Source: a virus (taxonomy: Duplodnaviria; Heunggongvirae; Uroviricota; Caudoviricetes). From it: a stretch of DNA of 36,254 nt. Positions 7,252 through 14,962 of this stretch are shown piece after piece (within the stretch, counting starts at the first letter, position 1; the number at the start of each line of letters is the position of its first letter). Position numbers and translations under genes: made by a program. The stretch lies in IMG/VR virus record IMGVR_UViG_2531839432_000012; one strand, 5' to 3'. The notes under the pieces are model-generated. The model was not told where the DNA came from, did not search any database, and was given only the letters and a program-made list of their open reading frames with translations.

Positions 7252-10088
7252 GTGAGTTTGCATGGAGCTGGAATGAACCACGGCCAGCCATTGATCCGGC
7301 CAGATTTACGGAGCACAGGCAGGAAACTGAAACCGACCTGCAACGCGCCATCCGTTACTACCTTGAGGCAGACAAAAAGGCTCTGGAAGAACAGGAAGCG
7401 AAGGAGGAAGCCTTTTTCGCACAATCCACCGTGGGTAAAAAACTCATGGCATCCCTTGAGGAAGCCGGACAGCGTGAAAAGCTGGCACAAAGCATCATCA
7501 GCAAGCGTCAGGCAACAGAACAAGACCCGGTGGCCCGTGCTTTTGCCACACTGAAGGTGCTTCCCGTTTATCTGCGTGAACCTCTGAGCCGCCACCTCTC
7601 TTTCCTGCGCAAAAAACAGGAAGCCGATCGCCAGAAAGGCAAAAAGAGCTGGCAGGCTGAACGCTACGCGCGCGGAACCCTGCGCAAAATATTCCAACGT
7701 CTGGACCGCACCGATCACCGCTGGCTGACACCGGGTTATCGCTCCCTTGCCGGACGCGAACGCCTGGACGATTTGCTTTACCTACCGCAGCTCAACAAAC
7801 ACCAGATACAGACGCTGGCCACCATGACGGCGGCGATGTTCAGCAGCACCTTCGAAAAACTCTGCGATGGCTTTGGCGCGACTGATGGCGAACTGACCAT
7901 GGATGTAACGCTGAAGGCGTATCAGATGCTGGCCCGCATGGCGTTACACCTGCACGCCATGCCTCCACATTATGACGCACTGACAACAGACAAAAACCGG
8001 AGGAACGAACCGGACACGGAGCTGCTGCCGGGCGCAATCCTTCGCCTGACCTGTGCGGAATGGTGGAAACGCAAACTGTGGCTGTTACGTTGCGAGTGGA
8101 GAGAAGAACAACTCCGCGCCGCCTGTCTGGTTTCCAGAAAAACATCACCCTATCTGAGCCAGGACGCGTTAAGCGAGTTTCGCGCACAGCGCGACAAAAC
8201 ACGCGATTTCCTGAAAAGTTTCATGCTGGAAAATGAAGACGGGTTTACGATTGATCTCGAGACGGTGTATTACGCGGGAGTAAGTAACCCGGTTCACCGT
8301 AAGGCAGAAATGATGGCCACAATGAAGGGGCTGGAACTTCTGGCCGAAGCCCGTGGCGACAAAGCGGTGTTTCTGACTGTCACCTGCCCGTCAAAATACC
8401 ACGCCACAACAGAGAACGGTCATCCGAATCCCAAATGGAACGGGGCCACCATGCGCGACTCCAGCGATTACCTGGTTAACACGTTTTTTGCAGCGGTCCG
8501 CAAGAAACTGAACCGCGATGGCCTGCGCTGGTATGGCATCCGCACGGTGGAGCCTCACCATGACGGCACCGTGCACTGGCATATGATGGTCTTTGCTCAT
8601 CCGGAAGAAATCGACAGCATTGTGGCCATCACCCGCGATATTGCCATTCAGGAAGACCGCCACGAGCTGGGCGATGACATAACTCCGCGTTTTAAGGCGG
8701 AGTACGTAGACGGCTCAAAAGGCACACCAACCAGCTATATCGCGACCTACATCGGAAAAAACCTGGACAGCCGCGCCGTGGATGGCATCGACCCGAAAAC
8801 GGGCAAGCCACGCGTTGAGCACGAAACCGGAAAATCAATGGCAGAGAGCGTGGAACGCGCCATCGGCTGGGGGCGCCTTCACCGGGTCCGCCAGTTCCAG
8901 TTCTTTGGTATCCCCTCCCGTCAGGTGTGGCGTGAACTGCGTCGCCTTGCCAGCCAGATGGCACGCAACCCGGAAGGCCCGCAACGGCTGAAGGATGACG
9001 CAATGGACTCGGTTCTTGCTGCCGCTGATGCCGGATGTTTTGCCACCTACATAGAGAAACAGGGCGGCGTACTTGTTCCACGCAAAGACTACCTGATTCG
9101 CACCGCCTACGACCTCGCAGATGAGCTGAACGATTACGGCGAACAGAGCGTACAGATTTACGGGATCTGGTCACCACTCATCGGGGAATCCTCCCGTGTG
9201 TGCACGCACCCGGATAACTGGAAGCTGGTAAGACGTAAACCTGAAGCAGAAGACATCGCCCGCGAAAATGGTTTTGACCTTCAGGGCGGCCCTGCCGCCC
9301 CTTGGACTCGTGGCAATAACTGTCCCCGTGTACAGGAAACGGACAACAACGGGACAGAACAGCCGGAAGAACGGCCAGCACCGTGGCCGCAGCTCCCTGA
9401 CGGCGTTGAAGTGAACGTATGGATGCGCTCACTGAAACGGCACGAACGCCGGGCGCTGATGCGTTCGCTTCGTGACAAACAGGCAAAAAACAGCAGTGAT
9501 GAAATGCAGAGCTGGACACAGAGCCGCAAACAGCAGCGGCCTTTGCCTGATAACCACGAATTACTCGCTAAAGAATGGCGGGAATCTGCCGAATCTCTCG
9601 GCCTGCATATCGGTGAACAGCAGATGCAGCACCTGTTACGGGGCGGCAGCCTGTACGTTGACGGCAGCATCATTGCACCGCAGGGATTTGAAATTGTACG
9701 CAAACCGGATACCCGCCCGGACAGCCGAATCACGCAGTTCTGGCAGCGCCTGAGCCGTAATCACGGCGTAAGCAGCACGGAGATCCGCCATAACCCGGTC
9801 GCCAGCTATCTGGAACAGCTGGGGGCATCAGCCCCCGAAGCCGCCGCACGCCTGGCATCCACACTTCAGCAGGACCAGAACACCATGAAAACCCCCGTTA
9901 CCGTGCTTTCTGACATGCTGCGCGCCATCCGTGACGCAGAGCACGCACAGAGAATCAGTGAAACCACTGAACGCGCCCACCGCAAAGCAGACCTGCTGCG
10001 GGGTGGCTTGACCCGTGGGAACAAAAAACAGACAGAAACGGGATCCACGAATCCCGTAAATGACCAAAAAACGCGCAGCGATATATGA
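7248..10088 (+). CDS. A: Replication initiation protein (P2 gpA-like rolling-circle replication endonuclease), 946 aa; start taken at MSEFAWSW
   Basis: Very large early ORF at the position of P2 A after the early small genes; conserved-looking core (HxH-type segment VHWHMMVF, YIATYIGKN); identification by size, position and motifs, not a search. Confidence 0.75.
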   Translation: MSEFAWSWNEPRPAIDPARFTEHRQETETDLQRAIRYYLEADKKALEEQEAKEEAFFAQSTVGKKLMASLEEAGQREKLAQSIISKRQATEQDPVARAFATLKVLPVYLREPLSRHLSFLRKKQEADRQKGKKSWQAERYARGTLRKIFQRLDRTDHRWLTPGYRSLAGRERLDDLLYLPQLNKHQIQTLATMTAAMFSSTFEKLCDGFGATDGELTMDVTLKAYQMLARMALHLHAMPPHYDALTTDKNRRNEPDTELLPGAILRLTCAEWWKRKLWLLRCEWREEQLRAACLVSRKTSPYLSQDALSEFRAQRDKTRDFLKSFMLENEDGFTIDLETVYYAGVSNPVHRKAEMMATMKGLELLAEARGDKAVFLTVTCPSKYHATTENGHPNPKWNGATMRDSSDYLVNTFFAAVRKKLNRDGLRWYGIRTVEPHHDGTVHWHMMVFAHPEEIDSIVAITRDIAIQEDRHELGDDITPRFKAEYVDGSKGTPTSYIATYIGKNLDSRAVDGIDPKTGKPRVEHETGKSMAESVERAIGWGRLHRVRQFQFFGIPSRQVWRELRRLASQMARNPEGPQRLKDDAMDSVLAAADAGCFATYIEKQGGVLVPRKDYLIRTAYDLADELNDYGEQSVQIYGIWSPLIGESSRVCTHPDNWKLVRRKPEAEDIARENGFDLQGGPAAPWTRGNNCPRVQETDNNGTEQPEERPAPWPQLPDGVEVNVWMRSLKRHERRALMRSLRDKQAKNSSDEMQSWTQSRKQQRPLPDNHELLAKEWRESAESLGLHIGEQQMQHLLRGGSLYVDGSIIAPQGFEIVRKPDTRPDSRITQFWQRLSRNHGVSSTEIRHNPVASYLEQLGASAPEAAARLASTLQQDQNTMKTPVTVLSDMLRAIRDAEHAQRISETTERAHRKADLLRGGLTRGNKKQTETGSTNPVNDQKTRSDI

Positions 10089-10137
10089 AGCGCGCACAAA
10101 ACAGGCAAAAACGGGATTTCAGAATCCCGTAAACGAT
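10022..10137. repeat. Two ~40-bp direct repeats, each containing a hairpin ACGGGAT-N6-ATCCCGT, flanking a possible promoter; candidate parC-like centromere/operator
   Basis: Seen in sequence: caaaaaacagacagaaACGGGATccacgaATCCCGTaaatga (10022..10063) and cacaaaacaggcaaaaACGGGATttcagaATCCCGTaaacga (10096..10137); TATAT-containing spacer between them; the first repeat overlaps the A 3' end. Confidence 0.4.
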
Positions 10138-10164
10138 TAATTAATCAACATAAGGAAAAGCGAC

Positions 10165-11124
10165 ATGAAAATTTGTATCGACGACGGCTCCACCAACATC
10201 AAGCTGGCATGGACTGAGAACGGCGAACGCCGCAACGCCATCAGCCCGAACAGCTTCAAGTCGGAATGGTCTGCGCCGTTCGGTGGCACGCAGCCCGCGA
10301 ACTATATGCTTGATGGCGTGCGCTATGGTTTTGATCCGGTCAGCGATCGCTTTGTCCAGACGACCGACACGCAATACCAATACAGAGATGTGAATGTCAT
10401 TGCCATTCATCACGCGCTGGTCAAATCAGGCATCACGCCACAGGAGGTGGATGTGGTTGTCACCCTGCCACTGAGCGAGTATTTCGACACAAACGCACAG
10501 CCGGACATGGCCAACATCAACCGCAAAAAAGCGAACGTTATGCGCCCGGTGGAGTACCAGAACGGCGAAGCATTCACTATCCGTAACGTGCGGGTTATGC
10601 CTGAATCCATTCCGGCTGGCTTTAAGGCACTGGCTGACATGAGTCCGTTTGAATCCCTGCTGATTGTGGATTTGGGCGGAACCACGCTGGATGTGGCAAA
10701 GGTTCAGGGGCAACTGGCAGGTATCAGCCAGGTGTTTTGCGATCCACACGTAGGCGTTTCTCTGATGGCCGATGCCGTACTGTCGGTGATGGCCACTAAC
10801 GGTATGCGCACCAGTCACCACATCGCCAATACCATTATCGAACATCGCCATGATGAAGCCTGGCTGCGCCAGCACATCCACAATGACGCGCATTACGCCA
10901 GCCTGATGGCGGTTATTCGTGAAAAGGAAGAAACACTGAAACAACGCGTGATCCGCGCGCTGGCGGGTTTTTCGGGTTACGGTCGGGTGATGGTTGTCGG
11001 TGGCGGGGCGGAGATTGTGGCACCCGCTATCCGCGAAGCCTGCGGAGTTAATGCGACTTTCATCGCGGACGGGGTGCCACAGTTTGCTCTGGTTAATGGG
11101 CTGTACGCAATGGACAAGGAGTAA
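10165..11124 (+). CDS. parM: Actin-like segregation ATPase, ParM/StbA family
   Basis: Translation matches remembered plasmid R1 ParM over its length, including IDDGSTNIKL, VMPESIPAG, DLGGTTLD, GGGAE; good RBS. Confidence 0.85.
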   Translation: MKICIDDGSTNIKLAWTENGERRNAISPNSFKSEWSAPFGGTQPANYMLDGVRYGFDPVSDRFVQTTDTQYQYRDVNVIAIHHALVKSGITPQEVDVVVTLPLSEYFDTNAQPDMANINRKKANVMRPVEYQNGEAFTIRNVRVMPESIPAGFKALADMSPFESLLIVDLGGTTLDVAKVQGQLAGISQVFCDPHVGVSLMADAVLSVMATNGMRTSHHIANTIIEHRHDEAWLRQHIHNDAHYASLMAVIREKEETLKQRVIRALAGFSGYGRVMVVGGGAEIVAPAIREACGVNATFIADGVPQFALVNGLYAMDKE

Positions 11125-11128
11125 ACCA

Positions 11129-11440
11129 ATGACGACACCAACCAGACGGATAAGTTTCTATCTGAAGCCCGCCGCCGTCAAGAACGAAGGCGAAGCATGC
11201 GCCTGGCTGGACAGCCTTACACCAGAAGCCCGCAAAAGCGGCCAACGCGTGGCTTTTCTGGCCGGGCTGGCACTTCTGAAAATGAATCCGGCAGAGGCTT
11301 ACCGACTGGCTGCATGGGCTGATGATGAGGCGTTATCAGTGACACAAACCAGGACAGAACGCCCCGCGTCACAGCCAGTATCAACCGCACAGATAACCAG
11401 TCAGATGGCCGGAAATATCCGGGCGTTATTTCCCGAATAA
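11129..11440 (+). CDS. parR: ParR/StbB-like centromere-binding adaptor (start at ATG 11129, not 10994)
   Basis: N-terminal ISFYLKPAAV...LDSLTPEARKSGQRVAFLAGLAL resembles the remembered ParR ribbon-helix-helix N-terminus; RBS AAGGAG 7 nt upstream; immediately downstream of parM. Confidence 0.65.
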   Translation: MTTPTRRISFYLKPAAVKNEGEACAWLDSLTPEARKSGQRVAFLAGLALLKMNPAEAYRLAAWADDEALSVTQTRTERPASQPVSTAQITSQMAGNIRALFPE

Positions 11441-11445
11441 CACAA

Positions 11446-11469
11446 CATCAGGGCGCATCCGCCCTGATG
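11446..11469 (+). terminator. Strong hairpin (10-bp stem CATCAGGGCG / CGCCCTGATG, loop CATC) after parR; weak U-tract
   Basis: Seen in sequence. Confidence 0.35.
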
Positions 11470-11503
11470 ACTTTAACCCGGGAACATAAACAAGGGGGAC
11501 ACA

Positions 11504-11836
11504 ATGCAACACATTGACAGAGAAAAAGCGCAGCGACTGATTGAGCGGATGGAAGCGCTGGCGAAAGAAGAAAATGTCAACATCCAAAAAATAGCTGAAT
11601 GTGGCCAGATAGTTCTTCGTCGTGAAAAAGACCTCAAACAACTGATGTCTGGCGAAACCAGCAAAACATGGACTTCAGGCGAGGAGACGGTTTATTGCAG
11701 TTTCTGCAATAAATCCCAGCACGAAGTCACAAAGGTGATTGCCGGACCGTCTGTTTACATCTGCAATGAGTGCGTGGATTTGTGCAATGAAATTATCAGG
11801 AAAGAAGTGACAGACAAAAAGGAAAAAAACGCATGA
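11504..11836 (+). CDS. ClpX-type C4 zinc-finger domain protein (110 aa), first gene of a five-gene coupled operon
   Basis: C-terminal half [37 protein letters not shown] closely resembles the N-terminal zinc-binding domain of ClpX; RBS GGGGGA upstream. Confidence 0.7.
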   Translation: MQHIDREKAQRLIERMEALAKEENVNIQKIAECGQIVLRREKDLKQLMSGETSKTWTSGEETVYCSFCNKSQHEVTKVIAGPSVYICNECVDLCNEIIRKEVTDKKEKNA

Positions 11837-12168
11837 ACAGAAAACAAAAACAAGAGTTGAAATACTTTTTATGTAAAGAAATTGCCAGGCTTGAAGATGC
11901 AGAATCACAATCATCAGAAATTCCGTTCGGAATGGATATCAACGACGCCCGTATACTCCAGGCATACCGCATAGCTCAGGCTGCACTACAGGCAAAACCG
12001 TCAGATGGACTGGTTAGAGCAGTACGTTTCTATGAACTGGTAAAGCGTGAGAATCCGCCAGCCGAAACCGGAGCATGGAAAGACGCTGTTGACTGGGTGC
12101 TCAAAGAGGCTTGCCATGCTGTAAACATTGGTATCAAGGGAGGGGGATATGGCAACCAACAACCGTAA
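11833..12168 (+). CDS. Hypothetical protein (111 aa)
   Basis: Start overlaps the upstream stop (ATGA). Confidence 0.5.
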   Translation: MNRKQKQELKYFLCKEIARLEDAESQSSEIPFGMDINDARILQAYRIAQAALQAKPSDGLVRAVRFYELVKRENPPAETGAWKDAVDWVLKEACHAVNIGIKGGGYGNQQP

Positions 12169-12343
12169 AGCAAAGATTCTGTTAGTTCGTAGAAACGCTC
12201 CTGGCGTCTGGCAGTGGGTGAGACTCAGCAACCGACGGATGGGGTTGATGAAATATTACGGGATGATGGATTGTGGTTTTTGCAAAAAGCCCAGCGCGGC
12301 GCAAAACCGCTGGAAAAACCACTTGCGCACTAAAGGAGAGTGA
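12149..12343 (+). CDS. Hypothetical basic protein (64 aa; start at ATG 12149 with RBS AGGGAGGGGG)
   Basis: In-frame ATG preceded by a strong RBS; overlaps the end of the previous gene. Confidence 0.45.
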   Translation: MATNNRKAKILLVRRNAPGVWQWVRLSNRRMGLMKYYGMMDCGFCKKPSAAQNRWKNHLRTKGE

Positions 12344-12344
12344 T

Positions 12345-12554
12345 ATGGCTATCGCTGCAAGTTACACCATGCATCTCTATTGTGATTGCCTCCAGTGTAC
12401 AGATGGCAAATATAAGTCGCCAGACTTCGGTGAGTATATAGGTACGTCATGGGCTGGCTGTGCAAAAGAGGCGCGCAAGGATGGCTGGCGAATAAGCAAA
12501 GACAAAACGCGTGCTTTTGCGCCCGGGCATAAAGTTTTGAGGATTAACAAATGA
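12345..12554 (+). CDS. Hypothetical Cys-rich protein (69 aa; CDCLQC motif)
   Basis: ATG with RBS AAGGAGAG; start overlaps the previous stop. Confidence 0.5.
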   Translation: MAIAASYTMHLYCDCLQCTDGKYKSPDFGEYIGTSWAGCAKEARKDGWRISKDKTRAFAPGHKVLRINK

Positions 12555-12811
12555 CCACTTTAACCGACAAAGAACTGATTAAAGAAATCAAAGAGCGCAT
12601 AGGTAGCCTGGACGTTCGAGACAATATTGAACGCCGTGCTTATGAAATTGCACTGGCATCGCTGGAAGCAGAGCCAGTAGCATGGATGCATGTAAATAAC
12701 GGCATCGGAATACCAGCAATAACAAGGAGTAAAGATGTTGCAGAGAGTTGGTTATCAAAAGGCTGGTATGTCCAACCCTTACATCTAGCCCAGCCTGCAT
12801 CAAAGCTATAG
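12551..12811 (+). CDS. Hypothetical protein (86 aa), last gene of the operon
   Basis: Start overlaps the previous stop (ATGA); followed by a terminator. Confidence 0.5.
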   Translation: MTTLTDKELIKEIKERIGSLDVRDNIERRAYEIALASLEAEPVAWMHVNNGIGIPAITRSKDVAESWLSKGWYVQPLHLAQPASKL

Positions 12812-12820
12812 AAATGAGCC

Positions 12821-12850
12821 AAACGCCCTCTTCCAGGGCGTTTATTTCAA
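12821..12850 (+). terminator. Rho-independent terminator (AAACGCCCT-cttcc-AGGGCGTTT + TATTTCA)
   Basis: Seen in sequence directly after the stop at 12811. Confidence 0.55.
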
Positions 12851-13248
12851 TGCACAATAGCGCACAAATTTGCACAATTTTTTTGAACGACTTTTTGCCC
12901 TTCCGGCCCGCGTGGCGGCTGGATCCGTCAAGGATCCGTGCGTGCACAAAAAAACGCGCTTTTTCTACGCGCAGGTGACGGGGGAACAGCCCGCGTTTCA
13001 GGGGGTAAATAGCACTCCCTGAACGATGTCGCAGCGACACAACAGAATGGCTGTATCGCTCACGCTGAGCGTGAAAAAGACGTAAGGGGTTCTGATTTGA
13101 TGGGATGAAAGGTAAGGCCGTCAAAATCGCACTGAGGCGGCGAGAAAATGCAGTCAGCGCGGTGGGATTGTGTAAGAGTCTGGCCGTCGATGATAGCGAT
13201 AAGTCGGAAGACGTCGTGAAATTATCTGATTGATACGGGAGCTGGAGA

Positions 13249-13277
13249 GCCGGGGCATAAATTTTTTATGCCCCGGC
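13249..13277. other. Perfect 29-bp palindrome GCCGGGGCATAAATTTTTTATGCCCCGGC (hairpin or protein-binding site) inside a 565-bp non-coding region
   Basis: Seen in sequence. Confidence 0.4.
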
Positions 13278-13376
13278 GAAGCAGCAGACAAGCGAAGCGC
13301 GTCAGTGATGCAGCACCTTGCCGACCACACTTCATAAGTGCAAAATACGAGCAAAGAAATCAATGGAGGCTGTTTT

Positions 13377-13901
13377 ATGGTCATTAATTACAAGCAGTTA
13401 CGAGAAAAACGAGAGCAGGTAAAGGAAAGTTTTCGCCGCAATGAAGATCTGACCCCGCTTGTACACCTTGCCCAGGGAATTGTTGATGCTTATGAAATCT
13501 CTCTGGAGCTGCCATCACAGACATGGACGGATAGCGATGGTAATCGCCAGCATTACGTTTCATGCGGACTGGAAACAACTGAAGGGGTTCGCAGAATGCC
13601 TTTATCTCAGATTCCTGCCGCTACCCCCAAAGCAAGGGGCGGCAATGATGAGCGAAAACTGATTTTCAGCATTGAGACAGTGGTTGACGACACACCTGGC
13701 GAAGTCGCGTTCGTGCATACTCCTCTTTCGATCGCAATGTATAACGATGAAATACAGGTTCGCGTTAATAATAATATCGTGCCACTTAAAGAAGGTAATT
13801 CACCATACACCACCGTTTGTGAAGCCATCCAATATTACGTTCTCTCTGAAATTGATAATCTCAAGCCTGACGGCACCCAGAAAATGGTTCAACTCTGGTA
13901 A
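13377..13901 (+). CDS. Hypothetical protein (174 aa; start at ATG 13377 with RBS GGAGG)
   Basis: ORF convergent with the portal gene; no recognisable motif. Confidence 0.55.
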   Translation: MVINYKQLREKREQVKESFRRNEDLTPLVHLAQGIVDAYEISLELPSQTWTDSDGNRQHYVSCGLETTEGVRRMPLSQIPAATPKARGGNDERKLIFSIETVVDDTPGEVAFVHTPLSIAMYNDEIQVRVNNNIVPLKEGNSPYTTVCEAIQYYVLSEIDNLKPDGTQKMVQLW

Positions 13902-13907
13902 AAAGGA

Positions 13908-13932
13908 CAGCCCCATCACGGGGCTGTTTTTT
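13908..13932. terminator. Bidirectional terminator-like hairpin (CAGCCCCATCACGGGGCTG + TTTTTT) between the convergent 13377..13901 gene and portal gene Q
   Basis: Seen in sequence; overlaps the last codons of Q. Confidence 0.5.
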
Positions 13933-14962
13933 CATCAAGAAGAGCATAAGAATTAAAACGGATCACCTCTTCACCAAGCCAGTCATTGATGTGCTTCATG
14001 GCCTCCATGACAGGCATCAGCTCGTTAATTGCGTAAACCCGCGCTGCCTTCTCCACATCACCAAACGCACTTTTTTCGCCCGGCATCGCCCCCATCAGTT
14101 GCGGCGGAACGCGGTGCGAAGCCAGCACATCATCACGGGATGCCGCCTTAACATTCATGAACTCATCCTTTGCGGTGATCTGCTGGAACGGCAAAATTTG
14201 CACCCCCTCTTTGCCCCCGTTGGGCGCATGAATGAGCACGTTTTTAAACGCACCACCACCACGTGCCCCCTGTAGCGTTTCCTTCAGGGAGTCCATGCTT
14301 TCGCGGTTTACCTGCGCTGCACCGATGTAGATGATGCACCCGGCGTGGGATCCGTTGTCGTAGTACAGCTTTCTGAACATGTCCGCCGAATGAGACAGGC
14401 TGGCCGAGAGTAATGCGCCAAGATATTCCGGCATGCCGTAGATTTCCTGGTTAATATCCGGATTCATCAGGTGGCACACTTTGCCAGGGCGAAACTGAAA
14501 CGCGTCCTTGCCATCCTGTACATACCACCATGATTCAAGATCGCTTCCGCGTCGCATGTATTTCGCCAGGGCGTGCCGTAATTTAAGCGGTTCGCCGAGC
14601 ATATTGCTTCGAAGCTCAAGGAATGCGTTACCGAATACAAACCAGTCCAGCGCCAGCGCCGAGAAATCCTGCCGGGAAAGCAGCGGGGGCGGAATATAGC
14701 AACCGAGCAATACATTGCGCTTAAAGTAAAGCGCAGACTGATGCCAGGACGTTTGCCGGGCGGCTCTTGCCAGACCGTACCAGTCCACCGGGGTTTCATA
14801 CCACCGCCCGTTATCAGCACAGTACATATTGTCCAGCAAATCATGCCCGGTCAGGCGATAAGGACCATCAAATGTGAATGCACTGAGCGATGATTCTTTC
14901 CTGAGCGCATCAGCGAGATCAATGCGTGAACTCATGCGCACTTTTTTATTTTTTCTGCTCAT
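13916..14962 (-). CDS. Q: Portal protein (P2 gpQ-like)
   Basis: 348-aa ORF directly downstream of and overlapping the large terminase gene, divergent from the O-N-M-L operon as in P2; size matches gpQ. Confidence 0.8.
   Translation of the reverse strand: MSRKNKKVRMSSRIDLADALRKESSLSAFTFDGPYRLTGHDLLDNMYCADNGRWYETPVDWYGLARAARQTSWHQSALYFKRNVLLGCYIPPPLLSRQDFSALALDWFVFGNAFLELRSNMLGEPLKLRHALAKYMRRGSDLESWWYVQDGKDAFQFRPGKVCHLMNPDINQEIYGMPEYLGALLSASLSHSADMFRKLYYDNGSHAGCIIYIGAAQVNRESMDSLKETLQGARGGGAFKNVLIHAPNGGKEGVQILPFQQITAKDEFMNVKAASRDDVLASHRVPPQLMGAMPGEKSAFGDVEKAARVYAINELMPVMEAMKHINDWLGEEVIRFNSYALLDEKTAP

Noticed and set aside
7101-9733. Several long minus-strand ORFs (7101..7718, 8692..9177, 9281..9733) and plus-strand ORFs in other frames inside the replication gene
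   Set aside because: They lie antisense or out of frame within the 946-aa replication gene, have Arg/Cys/Ser-rich composition typical of shadow ORFs in GC-rich coding DNA, and lack RBSs.
12812-13376. Possible retron msr/msd non-coding RNA (structured, inverted-repeat-rich non-coding DNA in the accessory locus of a P2-like prophage, reminiscent of retron-carrying P2 relatives)
   Set aside because: No reverse transcriptase gene is adjacent: the downstream 13377..13901 product has no RT motifs and no ORF in the window has a YxDD-type RT signature. A cos/packaging region is the more parsimonious reading.
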